Shown piece by piece: positions 38,814 through 50,100 of a stretch of DNA of 64,000 nt. The translations under genes and the position numbers were made by a program. Origin of the DNA: Candidatus Latescibacterota bacterium (lineage in GTDB: Bacteria; Latescibacterota; UBA2968). Position 1 is the stretch's first letter; each line of letters opens with the position of its first letter. Where the stretch lies: NCBI GenBank assembly GCA_965204745.1, contig OZ242010.1, positions 4,736,001-4,800,000 of the forward strand, in the 5' to 3' direction. Under the pieces are notes generated by a model that saw only the letters and a list, made by a program, of their open reading frames with translations, ran no database searches and was not told where the DNA came from.

Positions 38814-41222
38814 ATGAGATGGTTCTGTGTTTTCTCCACCTTGCTCTGTTCCGCGTGTTGGCATCAGGCGGCGGCGGATCAGCGGGATTCCCTGTTGAGC
38901 ATCGGTCAAGCGCGGCTCGCAGAGGGGCGGGCAGACGCGGCGATTGCGGCGTTCTCCCAACTCGTGGAAGCCTTTCCCAATGATGCCCAAAGCTGGTCGC
39001 GCTTGGGCTATGCGTATCTGAAACAGCGGGATTTTGACGCGGCGAGTGCGGCGTTTAAGGAGGCCAAAAAGCGGGATGGAAATCTGGCAGAAGCGTACGT
39101 GGGCCTGGGGTTGGTGTACGCGGAGCGGCCGGCGGCCGGCATGGCCGCGTACAGCAATTTTCGCAAAGCCATTGGCGAGGCCAAGCGCGCCTCCAAAATC
39201 GACTCTACGCACGCGCCTGCGTATCGCCTGCTCGGGGAATTGTACCAGCGATTTCAGGAAGACCACCAAAAAGCCGTGGCGTACTATTTGAAATACATCC
39301 AAGCCGAATCGGACAACCCGGAGGGGCTGTACTATTTTGGGCTGGCCTGCGTGCAAGCCGAGCAATACGACCTGATCGTGACGCACCTCATCCCCTACAT
39401 CGCCGAGCGCGATCCAGAACCCCGGCTCCTACCACTGGCCGCATTGGGCCACTTTTTTGACGGCAAACCCGAATTGGCGCTGGATTCTTTTGACCGCTAT
39501 TTGCAGCGGATAGGGGAAAGCGAACGCGCCTATCACACCGACATCTCTCTCGTCGCATCTGAAAGGGAATGGCGCGAATACCAGGGCCTTGCAGACGAGG
39601 CGGAAAAACGCGCTTATGTACAACGGTTCTGGCAACGGCGCGATCCGGACATCCTGACCCCGGTCAATGAGCGCGTTGCCGAACACCACCGGCGCGTGTG
39701 GTACGCGCGCACGTTCTTCTCCAAAAAAATCAGCCCCTGGGATCGCAGGGGCGAGGTTTATATTCGATATGGCGAACCGGATTACCGCTCTCGCTCCAGC
39801 TATCGCACGTACGTCACCACGCCCGAAGTGGAAGCGGTCCGCAACCGGATGGCCGCGGACATCTGGGGGCCGGCAGCGACCTATTACACCTTCACCGGCC
39901 CGGTCTTTCCCATCCGCAGCCAGCGCGCGCCATTTGAGGGCAACATCACAAATGAGAGCCTAAATACCGGGGCCTTTGGTACAGATGCCGGGGAAGACGA
40001 CATCAATTTGGCCCTGAACCCGGGGGAAGAGGCAGAGGATTTGGGATTTCAATTTCAGGTGCCGGACTTGGTCGCGTCCAGCCCGTTTGACGTCGCTGTC
40101 AACCCGCGCACAGAGCAACGGTTCTTGAACTACGGCCCGGTCACGTCCGACAGCGAATACGAGACCGTGCCCTGGGAAACGTGGACTTATACGCAACTGC
40201 AAGGCGGGGTGGAATTTACATTTACAGACGAAGTGGGCAACGGGCATTTCGACTTCGCGCCCCTGCCGCCCTTGCCGCAAAGCGACAACCGCATCGCCAG
40301 CGTCGCCCGCATGATGGAATACGCGCCCGGGGTCATCTACCAGCAGGCCATCTCGGTCGTGCCCTCCTACTATCGCCCGGGCGCGGGCAAAGACGCGCTA
40401 CATTTTTTTTACGACATCGCGGATTTTCGCGGCACAGATGGCAAGACCCGCATCGAAGTGTATTACGGCATCCCCCCGGCCGAAGTGACCATAGGCAAGG
40501 GGGACAGGGATTATCTCATCCACACCCAAGCCACGCTGGCTTTGGCGGACGCGAGCCACGAAAACATCTACCGCACGCAAGAGATGTTGTCCTACCAAAA
40601 CAGCCGCGGATTTCCCACGACCCGCGGCGTGTTTATCCCCGACGTGCTCCGCATCGAAGTCTCGCCGGGGGAAAAGTACCAACTTCAAGTGCAGTTGAAA
40701 GACGAACTCTCTGGGCGCGTGGGCGCGTACAAACAAGAACTCGCGGTCTCGGATTTTGCCGCGCAAGGCGTGAAAATCAGCGGCATTCAACTCGCGTCCT
40801 CAATCGCGGAAACCGGCGCGAATGACCGCCTGCGAAAGCGCGACATCTACGTATCCCCGATGGCCTCCCGAAGCTATTCCCCGGGCACCCGCGTCTTTGC
40901 GTACTTTGAAATCTACAACTTGCAACGCGACGCATTCGGGCGAACCCGGTACAAAGTGCAGTACCGCGTGCAATTCAACCCACGCGCCTCTGTGGGCATC
41001 GCGGGCGTCATCTCCTCGGGGATACGCGCCCTCTTGCGGCAACAAAAACCCCAAGTCTCGGTCAGGTACGAACAAGTGGGCACAGACGAAACCGCCCGCG
41101 AATACGTGGAACTCGATCTCAAAAAAGCCAAGCCGGGGGTGAACATCGTGGAAATCACGATCCAAGACCAAGTCAGTGCCACCAAAGCCACGCGCGAAGT
41201 GGTCTTCTTCTACGGCGGATAA
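38814..41222 (+). CDS. TPR + GWxTD-domain-like exported protein
   Basis: Signal-like N-terminus, TPR-like repeats, and RFWQRRDP..TPVNER..EH.RR...DRRGEVYIRYGEPD. Confidence 0.8.
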   Translation: MRWFCVFSTLLCSACWHQAAADQRDSLLSIGQARLAEGRADAAIAAFSQLVEAFPNDAQSWSRLGYAYLKQRDFDAASAAFKEAKKRDGNLAEAYVGLGLVYAERPAAGMAAYSNFRKAIGEAKRASKIDSTHAPAYRLLGELYQRFQEDHQKAVAYYLKYIQAESDNPEGLYYFGLACVQAEQYDLIVTHLIPYIAERDPEPRLLPLAALGHFFDGKPELALDSFDRYLQRIGESERAYHTDISLVASEREWREYQGLADEAEKRAYVQRFWQRRDPDILTPVNERVAEHHRRVWYARTFFSKKISPWDRRGEVYIRYGEPDYRSRSSYRTYVTTPEVEAVRNRMAADIWGPAATYYTFTGPVFPIRSQRAPFEGNITNESLNTGAFGTDAGEDDINLALNPGEEAEDLGFQFQVPDLVASSPFDVAVNPRTEQRFLNYGPVTSDSEYETVPWETWTYTQLQGGVEFTFTDEVGNGHFDFAPLPPLPQSDNRIASVARMMEYAPGVIYQQAISVVPSYYRPGAGKDALHFFYDIADFRGTDGKTRIEVYYGIPPAEVTIGKGDRDYLIHTQATLALADASHENIYRTQEMLSYQNSRGFPTTRGVFIPDVLRIEVSPGEKYQLQVQLKDELSGRVGAYKQELAVSDFAAQGVKISGIQLASSIAETGANDRLRKRDIYVSPMASRSYSPGTRVFAYFEIYNLQRDAFGRTRYKVQYRVQFNPRASVGIAGVISSGIRALLRQQKPQVSVRYEQVGTDETAREYVELDLKKAKPGVNIVEITIQDQVSATKATREVVFFYGG

Positions 41223-41245
41223 TGAGCGGTAGCGCGCGCTTTGGT

Positions 41246-41655
41246 TAGGTTCTGTTGACATTTACGAGCCATGCAACGGCTTGGCGGTTTATCGAGAAAA
41301 TCAAGCCCTATCGCAGAATATGCTCTCGGTTTGAGAAACTGAAACAGTCGCTCCTGATCGGGACCTACCCCCCTAACCCCCCTTCCTGCGAGGAAGGGGG
41401 GAACAGTGAGCGGTTTTGCGAGGGGATTGATGAGGGATATTTAATCGCTTTATGCCCTCGCGCAACGCTCTTAAAAACAGCCATTGATTAAGCCATCAAA
41501 GGAGCTTTACTCCCCTTTCCTCGTAGGAAAGGGGCCGGGGGATAGGTCCCCTCGCGCAATGCCATCAAAGGACCAAACGCCTTAAATGAGCAAGAAGCAA
41601 CACAGTTGCTACTCTGTGCGTAACATAAAAAAAAATGAAATGTCAACACAACCTA
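41246..41655 (+). mobile_element. IS5-like MITE with both TIRs and a TA duplication
   Basis: TA|GGTTCTGTTGACATTT ... AAATGTCAACACAACC|TA; remnant peptide RFIEKIKPYRRICSRFEKL resembles an IS5 (IS427-group) transposase C-terminus. Confidence 0.8.
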
Positions 41656-42843
41656 ACTCCTCGGATAAAACACGTCCACCATCGTTTCCACATCGTCCCA
41701 CGCGCAGTTGAATCGCTCCTCGAAGCCGCGATGGATAGCGCGCTCGACTTCTGTCTCCTCTGGCAATGGGAACACAATGGTCTCGCGGTTGCCCGCGATA
41801 GACGCATTCACCGCGAGATTCATCTCTTGATCCAACCGCCCGAGTTCCGCGCCGTAATCCGGCTCGCGGTCTTCCCGCACCGCATTGGCAATGCTCGACA
41901 ACTCATCGGCAATCGCCACTCGGCCCTCGCTCAAGGCGTAATGGGCAAACGGATTTTCCCACGCTATCGCGCCGGTGGGCAACGCATAGCGAATCTCGCG
42001 CAACACCTCGGTGCCATTCACCGTCTCTGTCACGCGCACCGGTTCATGCGCCACGGCCCGCGCGCCGGTTTCCAACTCTCCTTTTGGCACCACGTACACC
42101 GCGCCATCCACAATACTGCCCGCAGTGCCGTCGATTTCGTCCATCCCCGCTTGCTTGCGCCCGAGTGACCGCGCGTGAATCACATTGGAATACACCATCA
42201 GCGCGGCCACATCATTGTCAAATTCCAGAAAACTCAAACTCCAATTCTCCTGCTCGTGATGCCGTTTCATCAAATCAATATGCGGAATCACGGGCGTTGC
42301 ATGGCGCAAGCCAATCACCTGTTTGGGATTGCCGCCTGCCAACACGCGCAACAAACTCATCCCGTGGTACCCGCCCTCGTGGCAAATGCGGTAAATGCGG
42401 CTGATCTCGCCGATGACATTCGACGTGAGCACCAATTTTTTCAACCGCTCGATGGGCGCGCGATAATAATTCTCTGCAACTTCAAAATAAACGCCTGCCT
42501 CGCGCGCGGTCCGCACCATCAAATCCGCGGCGGGGCGGGTCATCGCAATCGGCGTCTCTACGAGTTGATGCACGCCCGCTTGCGACAAAAAGCAGGAAAG
42601 CGCGTGGTGCGCGCCACTGGGCACCACCACGTCGGCGATGTCGAGGTCTTCCTCATCCACCAAATCGCGCACGCTCGTATAAGCCCGCACCCCGTGTTTA
42701 TCGGCCAGACTTTGCGCCGTGGCTGCATCCATATCGCAGATGGCGACCAAGTCAAACACATCTTCCATCGCCGCGATCACGGGCAAATGCGCCCCCGCGC
42801 CCCTGCGTCCTGCGCCCACGAGTGCAATTTTGAGACGATCCAT
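41653..42843 (-). CDS. Gfo/Idh/MocA oxidoreductase
   Basis: LKIALVGAGRRG, LVETPIA and AENY. The TAG stop is formed at the MITE end. Confidence 0.85.
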   Translation of the reverse strand: MDRLKIALVGAGRRGAGAHLPVIAAMEDVFDLVAICDMDAATAQSLADKHGVRAYTSVRDLVDEEDLDIADVVVPSGAHHALSCFLSQAGVHQLVETPIAMTRPAADLMVRTAREAGVYFEVAENYYRAPIERLKKLVLTSNVIGEISRIYRICHEGGYHGMSLLRVLAGGNPKQVIGLRHATPVIPHIDLMKRHHEQENWSLSFLEFDNDVAALMVYSNVIHARSLGRKQAGMDEIDGTAGSIVDGAVYVVPKGELETGARAVAHEPVRVTETVNGTEVLREIRYALPTGAIAWENPFAHYALSEGRVAIADELSSIANAVREDREPDYGAELGRLDQEMNLAVNASIAGNRETIVFPLPEETEVERAIHRGFEERFNCAWDDVETMVDVFYPRS

Positions 42844-42940
42844 AACACCCTCCGAAAAAAACAATCCGCTTGCGAAATTCTGACATTGCCCTATCTTTGC
42901 AAAAACTCGCGGCAGAATCAACCCCAAACAGGAGGCGGTC

Positions 42941-43357
42941 ATGTCCAAAAACAAAACCATCGGCGGTTGCGGCTTTCACCACGTCGCCATTCGCGCCCAC
43001 GACTTTGACGCATCAGTCGCATTTTACACCGAAGCCCTCGGGTTTCGCAAAAAAATCGCCTGGGGCGAGGGCAAAAGGCGTGCGATCATGCTCGATACGG
43101 GCGATGGGAACTACCTCGAGATTTTTGCCAATGGCACGGACGAACCCAAAGCCGAGGGCTCGATCATCCACTTTGCCCTGCGTACCAGCGATTGCGACTC
43201 GGCCCTTGAACGCGCCCGCGCCGCAGGTGCCCAAGTCACCGTCGAACCCAAAGACGTCAACATCCCCAGCGAACCCCACGAAACCCCGGTGCGTATCGCC
43301 TTCTGCAAAGGCCCGGATGGGGAGGTCATCGAATTTTTTCAAAACGAACTGACGTAA
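42941..43357 (+). CDS. VOC/glyoxalase family protein
   Basis: FHHVAI, FYTEALG, IHFAL and GPDGEVIEF. Confidence 0.9.
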   Translation: MSKNKTIGGCGFHHVAIRAHDFDASVAFYTEALGFRKKIAWGEGKRRAIMLDTGDGNYLEIFANGTDEPKAEGSIIHFALRTSDCDSALERARAAGAQVTVEPKDVNIPSEPHETPVRIAFCKGPDGEVIEFFQNELT

Positions 43358-43376
43358 CAGGGAGCGAGGAGAAACG

Positions 43377-43799
43377 ATGAAAAAAATCGCACTTATTTTG
43401 TGCTGGGCGTTTGTCATTGCCGGGTGCGGCGATGACAACCCCGCCAATTCGGGCCGACCCGTCGTTGACCAAAACATCGATCTGCCGGCTGGGAATTACG
43501 TTCAATTCCGCTTTACTGTCGATACGGACACACAGCAAAACGTCGTTCTCCAAGGCGAGTTCAGCGTTGAGAACGGCACCGTGCAGATGGCTGTGATGAA
43601 CGAATCCGAATTTCGGACATGGCAAACAGGGGGAACGCCCGGCGTGCTTTATAGCCCGGGCAATACCTCTGGCGAGACCTTTCGCCTGCCCATTGACGAT
43701 AGCGACACCTACTATATCGTTTTTAGCAACAGGGGGACAACTGCTGTTACGATTGAGGCCGATATTTCCCTGTTCAGCATCGCCGAGACCGAGGATTAG
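43377..43799 (+). CDS. Putative lipoprotein (beta-sandwich)
   Basis: Lipobox IAGC; YYIVFSN motif. Confidence 0.7.
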   Translation: MKKIALILCWAFVIAGCGDDNPANSGRPVVDQNIDLPAGNYVQFRFTVDTDTQQNVVLQGEFSVENGTVQMAVMNESEFRTWQTGGTPGVLYSPGNTSGETFRLPIDDSDTYYIVFSNRGTTAVTIEADISLFSIAETED

Positions 43800-43957
43800 G
43801 CGAGCCATACAACTGGCGATTCAAAGGCGAGCCGTGGGTAGGGGCGATGCCCCTGTGCTCGCCCGAAGACACGGCGCATCATGTTCCGATTGACGCCATG
43901 AACGGGAAAGGGTATAATAGGCCCCGTTCTTTGTTAAACCACAATGAAGAGGTATTT

Positions 43958-45664
43958 ATGAACATCCCCAAACACGACGTGCTCTTAGTCGGTGGCGGTG
44001 GGGCCGGGTTGCGCGCTGCTATCGCCGCATCAGAAGCCTATCCGGGCGCGGATATTGGCGTGGTCTCCAAAGTCTATCCCATGCGAAGCCACACGGTCTC
44101 TGCCGAAGGGGGCACGGCAGCGGCACTGCGCGAAGACGACAGCCTTGACCTGCACGCCTACGACACCATCAAAGGCAGCGACTTCTTGGCGGATCAAGAC
44201 GTGGTCGAAGCCTTTGTCAAAGAAGCCGTTGACGAAGTCATCCAACTCGAGCATTGGGGGTGCCCCTGGAGCCGCGACGAAGACGGTCGCGTGAGCGTCC
44301 GCGCCTTTGGTGGCATGAGCGTCAAACGCACCCTCTTTGCCGCCGATAAAACCGGCTTCCACATGCTGCACGCCCTCTTTCAAACCTCCCTCAAATACGA
44401 CGCCATCACCCGCTACGACGAGTGGTTCGTCACCTCGTTGCTCGTCGACGACGGCCGGGTGTGCGGCGTCGCGGCCCTCGACATCCGCTCTGGGGGCATT
44501 TGTGCCATCGCCGCCAAATCCGTCATTCTCTGCACGGGCGGCGCGGGCAAAATTTTTCCATTTACCACCAATGCCGCCATCAAAAACGGCGACGGCATGG
44601 CCCTTGCCTACCGCATTGGCTGTCCCTTGAAAGACCTCGAGTTTGTGCAATACCACCCCACGGGCTTGCCCGGCACCGGCATCCTCATGACCGAAGCCTC
44701 GCGGGGCGAGGGCGGGCACCTCGTCAACAGCAAAGGCGAACGCTACTTGAGTGAATACGTCCCCGGCAAAATGGAACTGGGGCCGCGCGACATCCTGTCT
44801 CGTTCCTTTGTTCACGAACAGGGCAAGGGCAATGTTTTTGAAGGGCCGGATGGGAGCTATGTCCACCTCGACCTTCGGCACTTGGGCGAAAAAGTCATCG
44901 ACGAAAAACTGCCCTTTGTGCGCGAACTCACCCGCAACTACGTCGGCATCGACCCGGTTTATGAACCCATTCCGGTGCGCCCGGTGGTTCACTACTGCAT
45001 GGGCGGCGTGCATACCGACATCCACGGCGCGACGCCCATCTCGGGTCTTTATGCCGCAGGCGAAGCCGCTTGCGTCAGCCTCAATGGCGCCAATCGCTTG
45101 GGGTCCAACTCCCTGACCGAGTGCTTGGTCTTTGGCGCGCGTGCGGGCAAAGTGGCCGCCCAACACGCTGCCGACATCGATTTTGCGGATTCTGGCCTGA
45201 TGAGCAAAATGGCGCAGGACGAGCAACGGCGCATCGAAACCCAGTTTTTTGGCGACAACGGCACCGAGCGCGTGGCCCATATCCGCGATGATCTCCGCAA
45301 AACAATGGAAGAAGGCGCGGGGATTTTCCGCACCGAGGACGCGCTCAAAGCCACCTGCGACACCATTCGCACCCTCAAGGAACGCTATGAAAACGTCGCC
45401 ATAGACGACCACTCGCGCGTTTTCAATACCGAACTCGTCAATGCCCTCGAGCTGGGTTACATGCTCGACGTGGCCGAAGGGCTCGCGCACTCGGCCCTCT
45501 TGCGCCGCGAATCCCGAGGATCGCACGCGCGTTCAGACTGCGAAGAACGCGATGACGAAAATTTCCTCAACCACTCCCTCGCCTATCGCACCGATGGCGA
45601 CCCCCGAATCGAATACCTGCCCGCCACCCTCACGCGCTGGCAACCCGAAGAGCGGACGTATTGA
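43958..45664 (+). CDS. frdA: Fumarate reductase/succinate dehydrogenase flavoprotein subunit
   Basis: [50 protein letters not shown] and RESRGSH. Confidence 0.9.
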   Translation: MNIPKHDVLLVGGGGAGLRAAIAASEAYPGADIGVVSKVYPMRSHTVSAEGGTAAALREDDSLDLHAYDTIKGSDFLADQDVVEAFVKEAVDEVIQLEHWGCPWSRDEDGRVSVRAFGGMSVKRTLFAADKTGFHMLHALFQTSLKYDAITRYDEWFVTSLLVDDGRVCGVAALDIRSGGICAIAAKSVILCTGGAGKIFPFTTNAAIKNGDGMALAYRIGCPLKDLEFVQYHPTGLPGTGILMTEASRGEGGHLVNSKGERYLSEYVPGKMELGPRDILSRSFVHEQGKGNVFEGPDGSYVHLDLRHLGEKVIDEKLPFVRELTRNYVGIDPVYEPIPVRPVVHYCMGGVHTDIHGATPISGLYAAGEAACVSLNGANRLGSNSLTECLVFGARAGKVAAQHAADIDFADSGLMSKMAQDEQRRIETQFFGDNGTERVAHIRDDLRKTMEEGAGIFRTEDALKATCDTIRTLKERYENVAIDDHSRVFNTELVNALELGYMLDVAEGLAHSALLRRESRGSHARSDCEERDDENFLNHSLAYRTDGDPRIEYLPATLTRWQPEERTY

Positions 45665-45718
45665 GAAGCGGTAAGAGGGGAGAGGTAAGAGGCAAGAGGT
45701 AAGATACTCTCTTAAAGG

Positions 45719-46726
45719 TCAAGGGGATTGCGGGGCGATTCGATAGAATTTCTCGCCCTCAAAATCTTGGTCATGCCGCAACATGCCCCAGATTGAATGG
45801 AGCAACTTTCGCATCACCGCAACGATAGCCTGCAAAGGTTTCTTGCCGCGGGCAATGAGTTGGTCATAGAAGGCTTTGACATGGACTTCGTGTCTGATGG
45901 CCACCCAGGCAGGCATATAGAGGGCATGGCGGAGGTACTTATTCCCGGTTTTCGAGATGCGTCTTTGTGGGTTGGCGGTTCCGGATTGTTTGGGTTTGGG
46001 ATCCAGGCCTGCATGTGCGACCCACTGGGGCGGTTGCATCTCCTCAGGCAAAAGGGTCAACTCGGCCAAGAGCCGCAAGGCGCTCGTTTGTGCGATGCCA
46101 GGCGTCGAGCAGAGGCGTTGGTAGGCGCGCTTGAGGGTCTCATCGTGCAAAACGAGATCGAGGGCTTGGTCTTCCAAGTATGCAATCCGGCGTTTGAGGT
46201 GTCGAATATTCACCTGAATATCGCGTGCGATGCGCCGTGTGCTCAGGATGTGGTAGCTTTGCGCGTGGTTGCGGCTCTGTTCACTGATGATCACCTGCTT
46301 GAGTTGGTCAATGCGTCTGGTGAGGGCTTGCAGTTGAAGCCGTTGCTCACTCGGCGCTTGCCAAGGCACAAACGGCATGCGCTCGGCATAATCCATGATC
46401 AACAACGCATCCTTCGCATCCGTCTTGGCTCGTTGCATGCGGGCTTGACCGTACTTGCTCATCGCTTTGGGATTGACGACCATGACCTTTGTGTGGCGAT
46501 GCCGATGCAAGGCCAAGGCCACCCCCAAGCTGTAAAGCCCGGTCGCTTCGAGGCACACAGAGACCATGTGCCCGCCCTTGGTGAGCCACTTCAGCAACCG
46601 CTTATGGGCTTGGGGATCATTGGCAAAGGTCGCTTGCATGACAGCTTGTCCGGGTCTGGACAGGGCAACAGACAACGTGCGGGCACTGACATCAATGCCG
46701 GCGAAAGCGGGTTGAGATTTCGACAT
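45719..46726 (-). CDS. IS110 family DEDD recombinase
   Basis: GIDVS, LEATG, KTDAKDA (DEDD), QSG catalytic serine, GNKYLR and AVMRKL. Confidence 0.95.
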   Translation of the reverse strand: MSKSQPAFAGIDVSARTLSVALSRPGQAVMQATFANDPQAHKRLLKWLTKGGHMVSVCLEATGLYSLGVALALHRHRHTKVMVVNPKAMSKYGQARMQRAKTDAKDALLIMDYAERMPFVPWQAPSEQRLQLQALTRRIDQLKQVIISEQSRNHAQSYHILSTRRIARDIQVNIRHLKRRIAYLEDQALDLVLHDETLKRAYQRLCSTPGIAQTSALRLLAELTLLPEEMQPPQWVAHAGLDPKPKQSGTANPQRRISKTGNKYLRHALYMPAWVAIRHEVHVKAFYDQLIARGKKPLQAIVAVMRKLLHSIWGMLRHDQDFEGEKFYRIAPQSP

Positions 46727-46789
46727 GGGGGCCTCCTGTGATGAGGGGTTGTAAGGGGTCTGGTGTGCGCTCGAGTTCGATCCCGACCA

Positions 46790-46980
46790 TTGACGCCAAG
46801 TCTACCGGTCTTGTATATGCAGCCTCAAGGGACTTAGATACTCTTCGGCATAGACCCGGCGGTCGGGGGGCCTATCTTACCTACAAGGTCATCGCCTTCA
46901 AGAGGGGCCGGCCTTCCCCGAGCCGGGCATCAAGATGGCTTATCTCGATACGAGGGCGCAACTCCTAATTAACCCTTACT
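46790..46980 (-). ncRNA. Predicted bridge RNA in the upstream non-coding end (boundaries approximate)
   Basis: Guide-like segments GGCCCCTCT and AGGTAAG (target loop) and AGAGTATCT and ATACAAG (donor loop) match the flanks and the element ends. Confidence 0.8.
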
Positions 46981-47175
46981 TCCAAGATACAAGAGGGGAG
47001 ACAGCCAGCGCGCTGTTTCTCTCAAGTTGTCAGTTGTCAGTTGTCAATGCGAATTAAGCGTTGAATCCATCGCGTATTTGTCTTTTTTGAGGGCGCAAGC
47101 ATTTCACCCTCAAAGGAAGTAGCGAGCACGCAGGGGAGTGTGTCACTTGTTCCACTTACCCTTAGGAGGAGATCT

Positions 47176-50100
47176 ATGAGGCGAGTGAGTCTTTTGTTTT
47201 TTGGGTTGATGGTGCTGGTGGCGTTTTCGGCCAGTGCTGTCGTTGCCGGATCGACCGGCAAAATTTCCGGGAAGGTCGTGGATAAATCCACCGGAGAGAC
47301 CTTGCCCGGTGCCAATGTGGTGATCGCAGGTACCACGTTGGGCGCTGTCACCGATGCCGATGGCAATTATTTTGTCATCAATGTGCCGCCGGGGTCATAC
47401 GCGGTCAGCGCGAGTATGGTGGGGTATCACAAGGCGACTCAGGCCAATGTGCGGGTCTTTATCGACCTGACCACAACGGTGAATTTCTCCGGCGAATTTG
47501 GGCTCGTGGAAGAGACTATCGAGTTGGCAGAAATCACGGTCGTTGCCGAACTCCCTGTGGTGCAGCCCGATATTTCGGCCAATGTCGCCAACATCTCGGC
47601 GGCGGATGTCGAAAACCTGCCCCTGACCAGCGTGAACGAAGTCGTGCGCTTAGAGGCCGGGGTCCTGGCCGCCAACAATGGCGACTTGTCGATTCGGGGC
47701 AGCGATTTGAACGAAATCGCCTTTTCGGTTGACGGCCTGTCCATGCGCGACGGGCGCGAGAACGAGCCGTATTCCACGGTGAGTTATACGTCCATCAAGG
47801 AAATGAGCGTGCAGTCCGGCGGGTTCAATGCCGAATACGGCAATGTGCGGTCGGGCTTGGTCAATATCGTGACCAAAGAAGGCGATAAGCGACGCTACAA
47901 CGGCGATGTGTTGCTGCGATACAGCGGCGCGCAACGCGATTATTTTGGCCCGTTGCCGAATCATCCCATGGGCTATTTTTGGCGGCCCTTTACGGATCCC
48001 GCTGTGAAGAACGTGGGCACGCATTCGCCCGAAAGCCCGTGGGATGTGTACACGCGGCAACAGTACGCACACTGGCCCGGGTGGAATACCATCGTGAGAA
48101 ACTGGGCGAGCGCGCCGCAGGATCCGTATCACGGCGTAGGCGTGAAAGACACGGGCGTGGATGAATCGACCTTGCCAGTCGGCGAATTGCAAGTTGACGA
48201 TGCGATAATTACCGAGTTGTTCGCGTGGTATCGGCGCAAGGATTTGGAAGTTCGCAACGCGGATTTCGATATCGACCTGGGCTTTGGCGGCCCCTTGGTT
48301 CCGGGGGTGAGCGACAAACTGGGCGGGTTGCGGTTCTTTGCGTCTGGCAAGCGCGAGCGCAGGGCGTATATGATACCGCGCTCAATCGATCAGTACGAAA
48401 ACGACTGGGGGCGCGTGAAGGTCACGTCCGATATTCGCACCGACATGAAACTGAGCGTCGAGGCGATGGCCGGCGAAGAGTTCGGGTTGAATCCGAACCA
48501 GAGTGGCTTTCCCAATATGTGGCGCGGCAATCAGGAAATGGGGGTCCGTGGCCAAGATGCAATTTGGGCGAATCACGTCCACAACACGCTTCAAATCCAG
48601 CGCAACAACATCGGCCTCAGCTTTTCGCATGTGTTGAGCCCCAAGACGTTTTACGAATTTCGCGTTCAAAGAATGAATTCGGATTACTCGAGCGACCAAT
48701 ATCCAGAGCGCGACCTGACCGCTGTCGAAAAGACCATTCCGCGCAATCCGGATTTTCCCGCGCCCAATCCCTCGCTCCAGGTTTCGGAGATCACGCAGAA
48801 CCACATCGGGCTGACGGCTGCCCCGGACGAGTATTTTATCAAGAATGAGGCTTTTGTCGACGGCCTGTATTTGGGGGGTCACTGGGCGAATAGCCGCGAT
48901 AATTCCGAAGTCACGGCTTGGACGACGCGCTTTGACATTACGAGCCAGCGCAATCAAGTGGCGCAGTTCAAGGCGGGGGTTGAATTGATCGCCAGCGATT
49001 ACGACATCAATCACGAAAATGCACAGCCATTCTTCAAAAACAACGCGGCGCCCAAATACATCTGGCAACGCACGCCGAGGCAGTTCGCGGCCTATTTGCA
49101 GACCAAGCTCGAGTTCAATGCGATGATCGCAAACTTGGGGGTGCGTTGGGATCGCTGGAATGGGGGTGGCGAATGGTGGGTGTACGAAAATTTCTCCAAT
49201 GCGTTTGGGGCGAAGATCGGCAAGGCCAATCTCGAAGAAGCCCTCGACCAGGCGCCTGTGAAGACCTTGTCGTACTTAAGCCCGCGCTTGGGTATTTCGT
49301 TCCCGGTAACAGCGGACAGCAAGTTGTTTTTCAACTACGGGCATTTCCGCCAGATGCTGAACCCGCACAACCTCTTCCTCGTGGATGAGGTGAATACGGG
49401 CGCGGTCTCGCGGATCGGCAACCCCAATCACCCGATGCCGCGCACGATCAATTACGAACTCGGGTTCGAGCAGAATTTGTTCGACCGGTACTTGCTGCGG
49501 CTGAGCGGGTACTACAAGGCCAACGACGACCAGACGAATGACGTGCGCTACACCAATTTGGACCAAACCGTGTCCTACCGCCTGTTTGAACCCCTCAACT
49601 ACGACGATATCCGGGGGTTTGAAATCACCGTGCGAAAGCGCAGGGGCAGGTGGTTTGGCGGGTTCGTCAACTATACGTATATGCAGGCCAAGGACGGCAA
49701 CTTCGGCCGGGACGAGTTGTTTGAAAACCGCTTGTCACAGGCCAATTTCGATGCGACCTCGACGCGGCACTACCAGAACCGGCCCGTCAGCAGGCCCTTT
49801 GGCCGGTTTGGGCTGGAACTCTACACGCCGCGCGACTTTGGCCCGGCTGTCTCGGGATTTTATCCCTTCGGCAAGTGGGATATGTCCTTTGTGGGCAGTT
49901 GGCGCGTCGGGCAATACTTCAACTGGTATGGCCCGGAAGGCGGGGCCATTGCCGGGTTGACGAACAACGTCCAGTACAAGAGTACTCGGACCATCGACTT
50001 GCGCCTGACCAAGCAGTTCGAGTTGATGGGCGTCAGGTCGATGTTCTTTTTGGACATCGCCAATGTGTTCAATCTCAAGCATCTCAATCGAAACTCTGCC

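Larger units (their letters stand above)
45702..46993 (-). mobile_element. IS110-family (IS621-like) insertion sequence, about 1.29 kb
   Basis: CT core at both ends on the minus strand (46993-46992 and 45703-45702); reconstituted donor AGAGTAT-CT-TGTAT and target CTCCCCT-CT-TACCT. Confidence 0.9.

Noticed and set aside
45701-46990. AAGATAC at both IS110 ends as a 7-bp target-site duplication
   Set aside because: The guide matches place the boundaries at a 2-bp CT core, and the right-hand AAGATAC lies inside the element.
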